In this document: positions 1 through 12,580 of the stretch, piece by piece | Layout of the letters: each line of letters starts with the position of its first letter | Position numbering within the stretch: position 1 is the stretch's first letter | From: Propionibacterium ruminifibrarum | Lineage (GTDB): Bacteria; Actinomycetota; Actinomycetes; Propionibacteriales; Propionibacteriaceae | Direction of reading: 5' to 3' | NCBI RefSeq assembly: GCF_900289195.1 | Contig: NZ_OMOH01000002.1 | Span: 151,206-183,205, forward strand | Length of the DNA stretch: 32,000 bases | Position numbers and translations under genes: made by a program | Notes under the pieces: generated by a model | Database searches by the model: none | What the model saw: only the letters and a program-made list of their open reading frames with translations | Told to the model about the DNA's origin: nothing

Positions 1-911
1 TCGAGGACGGCCTGCGGCAGCTCGAAGCCGAGCTGGTCGGTGACGGCCTCGAGAACCCTGTCACGAGCCGTGTTTGCCTGGTCGAGCCGGCCGATGCGCA
101 GGAGGTTCTCGCGAACGTCGGCGATCATCTCGTCGACGGTGTCGAACTCGGAGACGAGCTGGGCGAAGTCGTCGTCGAGCTCGGGCAGCTCCTGCTCGTT
201 GACCTTGGTGACGGTCACCGTGATGTCGGCCTCCTCGTCACGGTGGGGGCCGCCGACGAGCTTGGACGTGAAGGCCTTGCTCTCGCCCGCGGCGAGACCG
301 ATGAGGGCCTCGTCGAGGCCCTCGACCATGCCCCCGGCGCCGATGCGGTACTGCATGCCGCTGGTCTCGGCGTCCTCGATGGCCTCACCGTTCTGGGTGG
401 CGGACAGGTCGATGAGGACGACGTCCCCGTCGGCTGCGGCGCGGTCGACGACGGTGAGGGTGCCGAAACGCTGACGCAGCAGTTCGACGCGCTCGTCGAC
501 GTCGGCGTCGGTGACCTCGACGGGGTCGACCTCGACGCTGATCTGGGAGAAGTCGGGCATGTCGAACTCGGGGCGGACATCGACCTCGGCGGTGATCTCG
601 GCGACATCGCCGTCCTCGAGCCGGGTCAACTCGATCTCCGGGTTGCCCAGCGGAGCGATCTTGTGCTCTGTCACCGCGTCGGAGTAGGCGTCGGGGATGG
701 CGTTGTTCACGGCCTCCTGAAGCACGGTACCGCGGCCGAATCGCTGGTCGATCAGGCGCGGCGGCACCTTGCCGCGGCGGAAACCGGGCAGGTTGATCTG
801 CTGGGCGATCTGCTTGTAGGCCTCGTCGATCCTCGGCTGCAGGTCGGTGAAGGGCAGTTCGATGGTGAGCTTCACCCGGGTCGGATTCAACTGCTCGACG
901 GTGCTCGGCAC
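1..911 (-). CDS. tig: Trigger factor, N-terminal ~303 codons; the 3' end runs off the window
   Basis: Absent from the supplied ORF track because it has a GTG start and is open at the window edge. Reverse-strand translation from GTG (911..909) reads VPSTVEQLNPTRVKLTIELPFTDLQPRIDEAYKQIAQQINLPGFRRGKVPPRLIDQRFG..., which contains the trigger-factor ribosome-binding signature GFRxGKxP. AGGAG lies at 922..918, 6 nt upstream. GC3 is high throughout. tRNA-Gly and tRNA-Pro lie just upstream, as in other actinobacteria. Confidence 0.9.
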   Translation of the reverse strand, partial: MPSTVEQLNPTRVKLTIELPFTDLQPRIDEAYKQIAQQINLPGFRRGKVPPRLIDQRFGRGTVLQEAVNNAIPDAYSDAVTEHKIAPLGNPEIELTRLEDGDVAEITAEVDVRPEFDMPDFSQISVEVDPVEVTDADVDERVELLRQRFGTLTVVDRAAADGDVVLIDLSATQNGEAIEDAETSGMQYRIGAGGMVEGLDEALIGLAAGESKAFTSKLVGGPHRDEEADITVTVTKVNEQELPELDDDFAQLVSEFDTVDEMIADVRENLLRIGRLDQANTARDRVLEAVTDQLGFELPQAVL

Positions 912-1089
912 TAGGGACTCCTGTCCGTGGAACTATGTGCGCGTCTTGACGCAACAAACATGCTGGGAGTGCGCGGGAACGCACACAACGCCAGCCAATC
1001 TTAGCCAGTTGCGTGGGTGAGCACCAAGAAACGGCTGCGCCGCCGACGTGGGATCCGATGTGATCACCGCCGACCGGGCTGCGGCGCGT

Positions 1090-1163
1090 TGGAGCGAACG
1101 ACGGGAATCGAACCCGCGTAGCCAGTTTGGAAGACTGGGGCTCTACCATTGAGCTACGTTCGC
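1090..1163 (-). tRNA. tRNA-Gly (anticodon TCC), 74 nt including encoded CCA
   Basis: The reverse complement GCGAACGTAGCTCAATGGTAGAGCCCCAGTCTTCCAAACTGGCTACGCGGGTTCGATTCCCGTCGTTCGCTCCA folds by hand into a cloverleaf. The acceptor stem is GCGAACG/CGTTCGC, the D stem GCTC/GAGC, the anticodon stem CCAGT/ACTGG with loop CTTCCAA, and the T loop is TTCGATT. Confidence 0.9.
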
Positions 1164-1243
1164 GCGGCCCGAGGGCCATGATCAATGGTAGCCGACCCCG
1201 TGGATCCTTTCATCCCGCTCCAGGCGTCGCGGGGCGCGTCCAG

Positions 1244-1319
1244 TGGTCGGGGTGACCGGACTCGAACCGGCGACTTCCTGCTCCCAAAGCAGGCGCGCTA
1301 CCAACTGCGCCACACCCCG
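1244..1319 (-). tRNA. tRNA-Pro (anticodon TGG), 76 nt including encoded CCA
   Basis: The reverse complement CGGGGTGTGGCGCAGTTGGTAGCGCGCCTGCTTTGGGAGCAGGAAGTCGCCGGTTCGAGTCCGGTCACCCCGACCA folds into a cloverleaf. The acceptor stem is CGGGGTG/CACCCCG, the anticodon stem CCTGC/GCAGG with loop TTTGGGA, and the T loop is TTCGAGT. Confidence 0.9.
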
Positions 1320-1402
1320 CATGCCCTCGCCGGGCACGCAGAGAAGGGTATCGCACTCAGGGCCTCAGCCCCTCCGCGATGCCGATCGCCCCGGGTGAGC
1401 CG

Positions 1403-1630
1403 TCACCGCCCCGACCCGCGACGCCCCGTGGCCCGGGCCAGCAGGGCGGGCAGCTCGCCGGCAGCCCGAGTGCGGATGGTCTCGCCGGGGCGGCTGATCT
1501 CGCGGGCGCGCAGGGCCCGGTCGTGGTTCACCATGACGGTGATGCCGTCCCGGCCCAGGCCCCTGCGGCGGCCCCCTCCGGGACGGTCGCCCCGGTGGGA
1601 ATCGTGCCCGGTACGACGGATCTCTGCCAT
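1403..1630 (-). CDS. Hypothetical small basic protein (75 aa), possibly ribbon-helix-helix-like
   Basis: ATG-initiated ORF. By my hand count its GC3 is higher than that of the overlapping + strand P/A/G-rich ORF 1379..1681. The segment GITVMVNHDRALRAREISRPGETIRTRAAGEL has beta-strand / helix / G-x-T / helix spacing resembling CopG/Arc-type RHH proteins. The N-terminus is R/G-rich. It is divergent from the 1692 gene. This is a weak call made on composition and pattern only. Confidence 0.3.
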   Translation of the reverse strand: MAEIRRTGHDSHRGDRPGGGRRRGLGRDGITVMVNHDRALRAREISRPGETIRTRAAGELPALLARATGRRGSGR

Positions 1631-1691
1631 GGCAGCACCCTACCGGCCGCGCTGCCCGCAGGCACCGGCTGCGGCGCCTAGGGTTGAGGGG

Positions 1692-3083
1692 GTGAGCGCG
1701 AGGATGGCCGGCGCACTGGGCTGGGAGCACCTGCACGTGGAGTGCACCCCGCATGGGGTGCGTGTCACGGATCGTGAGCAGGACAGGTTCGTCGGGTCGG
1801 CGACCGTCTCCATGGGTCCGTCGTGGCATCTCGAGTGCCTCGAGGTCGAGGCCGACGAGGCGACCTGGCGGTGGGCATCGCCCCTGGGACGGGCACGGCT
1901 CCGCCTGACGGCGGACCGGACCATCAGCGCACGGCTGCAGATCACCTCCGACCGGCCCGTCCGCCTCACCGAGACCCCGGTCGTCACCTGGCGCGGCGCC
2001 TTCTCGTGCCCGGCCTGGCCCGGCGGCAGCAGCGCTCTGGTCCTGCTGGACGAACGTCCCGCCGACGGGCTGGTGGTGGCGGCCGGCCAGACCCGCGGCC
2101 ACACCCGCGATGACGGCCTGGGGCTGGCAGTGGCCCCCGACGGCCTGGAGCTGACCGCCAAGGGCACCTGGGTCAGCGCCTGGACGATCGACCTGTACCC
2201 GCACCGCGCGGCCGCCCTCGCGAGCCTGCCCGCCTGGCTGCCCCACCGGCTCGAGGTCCCGGCCGGGGAGCAGGTGTCGATTCCCCTGCCCGATGCCGCG
2301 GTGAGCGGGCCGGGGCAGGTCCTGACCGATGAGCGAGGCAGCCTCGTCGAGGCCGAACCGGGGATTCACCGTTTCACGGTCGCAGGGCCCGGGGTGGACG
2401 CCCAGCTGCAGCTGGCCTGGGCCGAATCCCTCACCGACCTGGCGGCCCGGCGGGCGCGCACCATCGCCGGCATGGACCCGCGCGGGGCGGACCCGGCACA
2501 GGCCTCGGTCGTCGCCTGGGCCGGAACCAGTCACGCGCTCCCCCACGACCAGGCCGCACGGTTCGTCACCGTCTGGTCCGACGAGCTGCTCGACCGCCCG
2601 GGCCGAACCGCCGACCCGCTGGGCATCGCCCCGCTGCTCGCATCGGCCGGTGACGATCCGGCGCGTCTCTCCGCCGCCGCCGACCAGCTGGGTGCGCTCC
2701 GGGCGTCCCCCGGCGCTCTGCTGGCCTGGCTGGCCGCCGCACCCGCGCTGAGCGGCGCCGGGCTCGAACCGCCGGCCCCACCGGTGGACCGGGACGACCC
2801 CCTCTGCCGGGTGCTCTCGGCCACCGCCCGGCACGCACCGCGGATCCCCGACGAGGTGTGGGGTCTGCTCCCCCGCCTGCACAGCGGCCTGCCCTGGCCG
2901 ATGCCCGCCGAGCGGTGGGCCGACGCCGCCATGTGCTGCGCGGCCCTGGACCTGGCGCCCGCCGGCTGGGACATCAGCACGCGCATGCCCTGGTCGCTGC
3001 CCGACCTGGTTGCGGCAACCCGCGCATGGCTCTGCGCGGCGGGACCCGACGACCGGACCCTGGCCTGGCTCCTGTGGGGCTGA
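1692..3083 (+). CDS. Hypothetical protein (~460 aa), no recognisable motif
   Basis: The track ORF 1185..3083 overlaps both tRNAs, so the true start must lie later. Candidates are in-frame GTG 1692 (TAGGGT -10-like hexamer at 1679-1684, 7 nt upstream, possibly leaderless) and ATG 1704 (GAGGGGG upstream). GC3 is strongly high in this frame. The protein is W-rich, with an N-terminal half that looks beta-rich and an A/L-rich, probably helical C-terminal half. The antisense 726-aa ORF is R/G/P-rich shadow. Confidence 0.6.
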   Translation: MSARMAGALGWEHLHVECTPHGVRVTDREQDRFVGSATVSMGPSWHLECLEVEADEATWRWASPLGRARLRLTADRTISARLQITSDRPVRLTETPVVTWRGAFSCPAWPGGSSALVLLDERPADGLVVAAGQTRGHTRDDGLGLAVAPDGLELTAKGTWVSAWTIDLYPHRAAALASLPAWLPHRLEVPAGEQVSIPLPDAAVSGPGQVLTDERGSLVEAEPGIHRFTVAGPGVDAQLQLAWAESLTDLAARRARTIAGMDPRGADPAQASVVAWAGTSHALPHDQAARFVTVWSDELLDRPGRTADPLGIAPLLASAGDDPARLSAAADQLGALRASPGALLAWLAAAPALSGAGLEPPAPPVDRDDPLCRVLSATARHAPRIPDEVWGLLPRLHSGLPWPMPAERWADAAMCCAALDLAPAGWDISTRMPWSLPDLVAATRAWLCAAGPDDRTLAWLLWG

Positions 3084-3132
3084 ACCGGCGCGGAGTCCCT
3101 CGCCGCCGCGGCGGGCCCGATAGCCTGTCCCG

Positions 3133-4407
3133 GTGATCGAGCACACGATCGAGACCGTACCGGCCCGCGGCGAACTCACCGGCATGGCCCGGCGTTGGGA
3201 GTACGCCATGAACTGGTGCTTCGGCAACCCGCCGGCCGACGAGGAGGGGGTGCAGCGCTGGTGGCGGGCCGCCTGCGCAGACGGTGTCCGGCTGCGCGGC
3301 GCCTGGCCCGTCGAACCCGAGCCGGGCATGACGCAGCGCACCCCGTACGCCACCTTCGCGAGCCTGGATGGAACGATCAACACCGGCCACGGACATCTGG
3401 AGCCGGCCGACTTCATCACCGACGTGACGGTGCGCACGAGCGCGCGCCGCAATGGCCTCCTCACCGAACTCATGCGCACCGACCTGGGTGAGGCGGCCGG
3501 CCGAGGACTGTGTCTCGCGGCGCTCACCGCCAGCGAGGCGACCATCTACCGCAGGTTCGGTTTCGGACCGGCCACCGAGACGATCAGCGCCACCTTGTAC
3601 ACGGGCGCGGGCTTCGGCCTCCGTCAGACCCCGCGGACCGGCCTCATGCGCGAGATCGATCTCGACGCGGCCCCTGCCGTCATGGACGAGGTCTTCGCGG
3701 CCTTCCACGCCGTCTCACGGGGCTCTCACGCGCGCTCGGCGTGGCACAACGACCACGCGACCGGCATCTGGTCGGCGCTGACGAACAGCCGAACCGAGAA
3801 CGTGCGTGCCGCGGCGCACTGGGACGAGCACGGCGCCGCCGACGGCGTCGTCACGTTCAGCTACCGCCCGGCCCCGGCGGACGGCCACGGCCTCCTCGTC
3901 GAGGTGATCGAGATGATCGCCGCGCATGGCCGGGCCGAGCTGGCCCTGTGGCACTACCTGGCGTCGATCGACCTGGTGGGCTCCGTGAGCGTCCCGCACC
4001 TGAACCCGGGCTCTCCCCTGCCCTGGGCGCTGGCCGACCCGCGTCATCTGCGCCAGACCGGCCGCGAGGACCTCACCTGGTTGCGGGTCCTCGACGTTCC
4101 CGGGGCCCTCCGGGCGCGGGGCTGGGACGGTACCGGCCGCCTGACCATGGAGGTGAGCGATCGGCTGGGCCTGAGCGGGGGCGTCTTCGCGCTGGACGTC
4201 CGGCCAGGCGGCGCGGAGGTGTCCGGCGCCACCGGCCCGGCGGACGTGCGCATGGACGTCTCGACGCTGGGGAGCCTCTACTTCGGGGTGGGCGACCCGG
4301 TGGCCATGGCCGCGGCCGGTCTCGTCGACGGACCGGCATGGGCGCTCACGACGCTGCGCGAGATGTTCGCCACCGCCGAGCCCGCCTACGGCATCACCTA
4401 CTTCTGA
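3133..4407 (+). CDS. Eis-like GNAT N-acetyltransferase (GNAT domains plus SCP2-like C-terminal domain; UPF0256 type)
   Basis: The 424-aa product aligns by eye with remembered M. tuberculosis Eis. [44 protein letters not shown] matches [63 protein letters not shown] matches GLWLRIMNVPAALEARGY. The C-terminus has LGSLYFG... and ends in an aromatic residue (YF versus FEF). The start is GTG with no SD; TAGCCT at 3121-3126 lies 6 nt upstream, so the mRNA may be leaderless. ATG 3184 is an alternative start. Confidence 0.85.
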   Translation: [424 protein letters not shown]

Positions 4408-4435
4408 CCGGCCGGCTCTCACGCTGCCGCAGGTC

Positions 4436-6622
<2,187 letters not shown>

Positions 6623-6649
6623 TCATGCCCAATGGGTACGACGTGGGGG

Positions 6650-7402
6650 TCAGGCGGCAGCCCTGTCGCCCCAGCCCGTGGCCTCGCTCGCGATGCTGTA
6701 GCTGATGATGACCTTGTGCTCGGACAGCTCCTCGGGCCTGTCGAGAAGCCACTCGGCGAGCCCGTCACGTTCGATGACGGCGACGTCATCGGGGGCCTGC
6801 TGGACCACCAGCCGGCGGTCCTTGACCGGCACGATGACGCCGGTGACGCCCAGGTCGAAACCCGAGTCGCGGTTCATCAGGTCCATCGCACGCGAGGCGT
6901 TCTGCCTGCTCGTCGAGATGTAGGGGCGGTCCTTGCCGTTGACCCGGAAGATGTCGCCCTCGACGAAGAGCCTGGCGCCCGGGTGGTTCTTGGCGTTGAG
7001 GAGGAAGACCCCGCCCGGTCCGACGACCATGTGCTGGGGGACGACGATGCCGTTCTCGGTACGGGCCATCTGCATGAAACCCCAGCGTGGGTCCAGTGCG
7101 GCGAGGCGGACGAGTTCGGAGGCGAGCAGCTGATCGGCGTCCACCTCGAGGCGCTGGGCGCGTGAGCCGCTGCCGAAGCCGAGGAGACGGTCGAAGAAGG
7201 CCCGGAGCCCGCGGGTGTTGCGGCGGGCCTCGTAGTCGCCGTCCCCCGCCCGCAGCTGCGCCAGGAAGGCGTCCCATTCCTCCCGGGTCTCGGGGTTGGG
7301 CATGGCCCGGCGCGCCGTGTAGCTGCTGGTGGCCTCGATGAACGATTGGTCAAGAGGCTCGAGAACCCGCCGGGCCGGCGCATAGGTCAATGTGGCGCTC
7401 AC
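6650..7402 (-). CDS. NERD (nuclease-related domain) protein
   Basis: GTG start with AAGGTGA upstream. The core HMVVGPGGVFLLNAKNHPGARLFVEGDIFRVNGKDRPYISTSRQNASRAMDL fits the NERD pattern (DH-hvvgp-G-vfvi-tKn-G, followed by q..r.a). It ends 27 nt before the ligA start on the same strand. Confidence 0.75.
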   Translation of the reverse strand: MSATLTYAPARRVLEPLDQSFIEATSSYTARRAMPNPETREEWDAFLAQLRAGDGDYEARRNTRGLRAFFDRLLGFGSGSRAQRLEVDADQLLASELVRLAALDPRWGFMQMARTENGIVVPQHMVVGPGGVFLLNAKNHPGARLFVEGDIFRVNGKDRPYISTSRQNASRAMDLMNRDSGFDLGVTGVIVPVKDRRLVVQQAPDDVAVIERDGLAEWLLDRPEELSEHKVIISYSIASEATGWGDRAAA

Positions 7403-7645
7403 TCAAGTCACCTTGTCAGTTCTGTTCGGTTTTCGATTCGGTGCGGCGGGGGTGGTACCAGCGGGCCTCGCATGCGCTCGTCCGCCCGGCTTGTCTCGAT
7501 GACATCACAACTTCTTCACTGCGCAACGCAGACTCGCCCGGCGTGCGCGCAATGCGCGACGATTGAGAGCGCTTTCACGGCTGACCCACAGCCGCGTCAC
7601 GGTTTCGGGCCCCGCCGGGGCATCGCCGGGATCCGTTCGGGGGTG

Positions 7646-8275
7646 TCACTCGAAGACTGGGCCGATGGTGCGGGTGCGTTTGAGCTCGAAGAAACCGTCG
7701 TAGGCGGTCATGAGCGAGACCCCGTCGAAGAGGCGGCCGGCCTCCTCGCCCCTTGGCGCTGGGCTGATGACCGGGCCGAACATGGCCTTGCCGTTGATGT
7801 GGATGACCGGTGTGCCGACGTCGGTGCCGACCGGGTCCATGCCGGCGTGGTGGCTGGCGCGCAGGGCCTCGTCCCAGATGTCGGTGGTGGCCTTCTCCGC
7901 GATCGAGGTGTCCAGGTCGAGGGCCGCGAGCGCGTCGCGGACGACACGGATGTCCCCCTTGGTCTCGCCCCTGGGATGGTAGCGGGTGCCGAGTTCGGTG
8001 TAGAAGGCCCGCAGCGCGTCCTGGCCGTACGCCTGCTCGACGCCGATGGCCGCGCGCACGCCGATCCAGCCGCGATCCATCTCGGCCTGGTAGTCCGGAT
8101 CGAGGTCACGTCCCTCGTTGAGGACGGACAGGCTCATCACGTGGAACTCCGTGTGCACGGGCCGCACCCTCTCGACCTCGAGCATCCAGCGGCTCGCCAT
8201 CCACGCCCACGGGCACAGGGGGTCGAACCAGAAGCCGACGGTCTGCGGCCGGGCGGGTGTCGCGGTGTCAGTCAT
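7646..8275 (-). CDS. DsbA-fold thiol oxidoreductase, Rv2466c-like (mycothiol-dependent reductase family), with a CPWA motif
   Basis: The protein from ATG 8275 (GGAGG upstream) is [37 protein letters not shown]...[45 protein letters not shown]...FFELKRTRT. It matches my memory of Rv2466c nearly along its whole length ([20 protein letters not shown]...HHAGMDAVGEDVGTPTIHVNG..FFGPVLSKIPRGEEAGKLWD...FFELKRTRT). It is divergent from pepN, as in M. tuberculosis. The longer track ORF (to 8476) would overlap the pepN start region. Confidence 0.85.
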   Translation of the reverse strand: MTDTATPARPQTVGFWFDPLCPWAWMASRWMLEVERVRPVHTEFHVMSLSVLNEGRDLDPDYQAEMDRGWIGVRAAIGVEQAYGQDALRAFYTELGTRYHPRGETKGDIRVVRDALAALDLDTSIAEKATTDIWDEALRASHHAGMDPVGTDVGTPVIHINGKAMFGPVISPAPRGEEAGRLFDGVSLMTAYDGFFELKRTRTIGPVFE

Positions 8276-8417
8276 GGCCTCCACTGAACCCGCTCGCAGG
8301 CCCCCGCACAAGTGCCCGCGCCGGGCCGGCCGGCGCATCGCGGTGGCCACGGGGCGGCGCACCGCGTTAGCCTCGGAGTCGAGCCGATGTTCTCTTCGAC
8401 ACTTGGGAGACCGCCTG

Positions 8418-11036
<2,619 letters not shown>

Positions 11037-11069
11037 GACGAGCCCGGGACGGCTGCGGGGGCCTGCGGG

Positions 11070-12497
11070 TCACCGGCCCAGTTTGAAGATCCTCGTCGGG
11101 TTGTCCACCACGAGTGCCCTCGCCTGGTCGAGGGCCTCGTCCTCGTCCAGACGATGGGCGGTGACCAGTCCTGCCAGATGCGCCGCGTCCAGGCGACGGC
11201 TCATGTCGTGGCGGGCGGGGATCGAGCAGAAGGCGCGGGTGTCGTCGACCATCCCGCTGATCCGGCTGAAGCCGGCCATCTCGGTGACGTCCTGCTTGAA
11301 CCGCATGATCGACTCGGGTGCGTCGACGAACCACCACGGCACGCCGATGTAGACGCTGCGGTACCAGGCGGCCAGCGGCGCGAGCTCGCGGCTGTACACG
11401 TCCTCGTCGAGGGTGAACAGGACGAGGTTGAGATTCGGGTCGTTGCCGTAGGCGTTCAGCAGCTGCTGCAGGCCACGGGTCGCCTCGAGCTTGGCGGGGA
11501 TGTCGCCGCCCACGTCGGCGCCGTAGCGGGCGAAGGCTCCGGCGTCGTGGTTGCGGACGACGGCCGGGTGCACGGTCATGGTCAGGCCGTCCTCGCAGGC
11601 CAGGCGGGCCTGGTCGGTGAACAGATGACGGCGCAGGGCCAGGGCCTCGTCGGCGGTGGCCCGGCCCCGGCGGGCCCGGTCGTAGAGTCTGGCGGCCTCG
11701 TCGTGGTCGAGGATCAGGGTGACCAGGTCGGCATGGGAGTGATCGGAGCTGACGGCGCCGTGGGCCTTGAAGTACCGGCGGCGCTCGGCCATGGCCTGCG
11801 TGTAGCCGTCGAGCGTGCCGACGTCGACGCCCGCAGCGGCCCCGAGGGCATCGACGAGCTCGTTCCAGTCGGGGCGCGCCGGCTCCAGGTAGCGGTCGGG
11901 GCGGAAGGTCGGCACGACGCGGTGCCGGGCGCTGAACTCGCCGTCGGCGGCCAGCTCGGCGTGCAGCCCGAGGTCGTCACAGGGGTCGTCGGTGGTGGCG
12001 AGGAACTCGATCCGGAAGGCGTCCATGAGCTGGCGGGGGCGGAAGTCGGGCTCGTCGATCCTGGCGGCGATGGTGTCGTAGATCGTGTCGGCGGTGGCGG
12101 CGCTCGGACGCACGTCGACACCGAAGATGCCGACCAGCTGGTCGACCAGCCAGTAACGCATCGCGGTGCCGTTGAAGTCGGCCCAGTGCTCGCACAGCAG
12201 GCGGAAGGCCCTCCGGTTGTCCGCCTCGGTCATCTCGTCGCCCCGGCCGACGCCGAGCTCGGACAGCTCGACGCCGTTCGCGTGCAGGACGCGGTTGATG
12301 TAGTGGTCGGGCGTGAGCAGGAGCTTGGTCGGGTTCCCGAAGTGCTCGTTGCGGGCGATCCAGCGCGGCGGTACGTGCCCGTGGGGGGAGATGATCGGCA
12401 GCTCTCGGGTGGTGGCGTAGATCCGGCGCGCGACCTCGCGCGTTCCGGGATCGGCCGGGAACAGGCGGTCGTCATGGAGGGTCAACGGTGAAGCCAT
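11070..12497 (-). CDS. uxaC: Glucuronate (uronate) isomerase
   Basis: The N-terminus LHDDRLFPADPGTREVARRIYATTRELPIISPHGHVPPRWIARNEHFGNPTKLLLTPDHYINRVLHANGV is the typical UxaC opening (P-I-x-x-P-H-x-H). The C-terminal part reads ...GVPWWFVDAPESIMRFKQDVTEMAGFSRISGMVDDTRAFCSIPARHDMSRR. The start is placed at ATG 12497 (MASPLTL...) with no clear SD; ATG 12521 is an alternative. Confidence 0.9.
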   Translation of the reverse strand: MASPLTLHDDRLFPADPGTREVARRIYATTRELPIISPHGHVPPRWIARNEHFGNPTKLLLTPDHYINRVLHANGVELSELGVGRGDEMTEADNRRAFRLLCEHWADFNGTAMRYWLVDQLVGIFGVDVRPSAATADTIYDTIAARIDEPDFRPRQLMDAFRIEFLATTDDPCDDLGLHAELAADGEFSARHRVVPTFRPDRYLEPARPDWNELVDALGAAAGVDVGTLDGYTQAMAERRRYFKAHGAVSSDHSHADLVTLILDHDEAARLYDRARRGRATADEALALRRHLFTDQARLACEDGLTMTVHPAVVRNHDAGAFARYGADVGGDIPAKLEATRGLQQLLNAYGNDPNLNLVLFTLDEDVYSRELAPLAAWYRSVYIGVPWWFVDAPESIMRFKQDVTEMAGFSRISGMVDDTRAFCSIPARHDMSRRLDAAHLAGLVTAHRLDEDEALDQARALVVDNPTRIFKLGR

Positions 12498-12533
12498 GGC
12501 GCTATGGTGCCGCCGGCGCATCACCGCCGCCTC

Positions 12534-12580
12534 GTGTTGCCCAGGATTGCGCCGAAGTGTTGCCATCGGTTGCGCGATGG
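12534..12580. promoter_or_regulatory. Imperfect 23-bp tandem direct repeat in the uxaC / larA-like divergent promoter region (candidate regulator site)
   Basis: Unit 1 is GTGTTGCC-cag-GATTGCGC-cgaa (12534-12556). Unit 2 is GTGTTGCC-atc-GGTTGCGC-gatgg (12557-12580). The two units agree at 8/8 and 7/8 positions in the conserved blocks, and their starts are 23 bp apart, about two helical turns. The repeat lies 37-83 nt upstream of the uxaC start. A related GTTGCCA core also occurs in the lacI-gnd intergenic region (15151-15157, opposite strand). Confidence 0.3.

Noticed and set aside
914-1089. Promoter hexamers for tig in the tRNA-Gly-to-tig spacer (for example TTGCGT ... CATAGT on the minus strand)
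   Set aside because: The spacing between the candidate -35 and -10 elements does not fit (about 11 nt), and no alternative pair was convincing. Left unannotated.
1403-1630. Toxin-antitoxin pair involving the small RHH-like ORF
   Set aside because: No adjacent co-directional toxin-sized ORF exists; the next feature downstream on that strand is tRNA-Pro. The ORF itself is a low-confidence call.
1185-1691. N-terminal extension of the 632-aa ORF 1185-3083
   Set aside because: It would run straight through the tRNA-Pro gene on the opposite strand and has an R/P/S-rich composition. In-frame GTG 1692 and ATG 1704 with upstream signals give a sensible start.
1090-4407. Genomic island integrated at the tRNA-Gly / tRNA-Pro pair
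   Set aside because: No integrase, excisionase or transposase is present and I noticed no duplicated tRNA 3' segment. The genes to the right lie on the 5' side of the tRNA genes rather than the usual 3' attachment side. Their GC3 looks the same as the rest of the window.
8118-8417. Upstream extension of pepN (track start 8118), and the long version of the DsbA-like ORF (to 8476)
   Set aside because: The two extensions overlap each other antisense. Both proteins have family-typical N-termini with SD sequences at the shorter starts (8418 and 8275).
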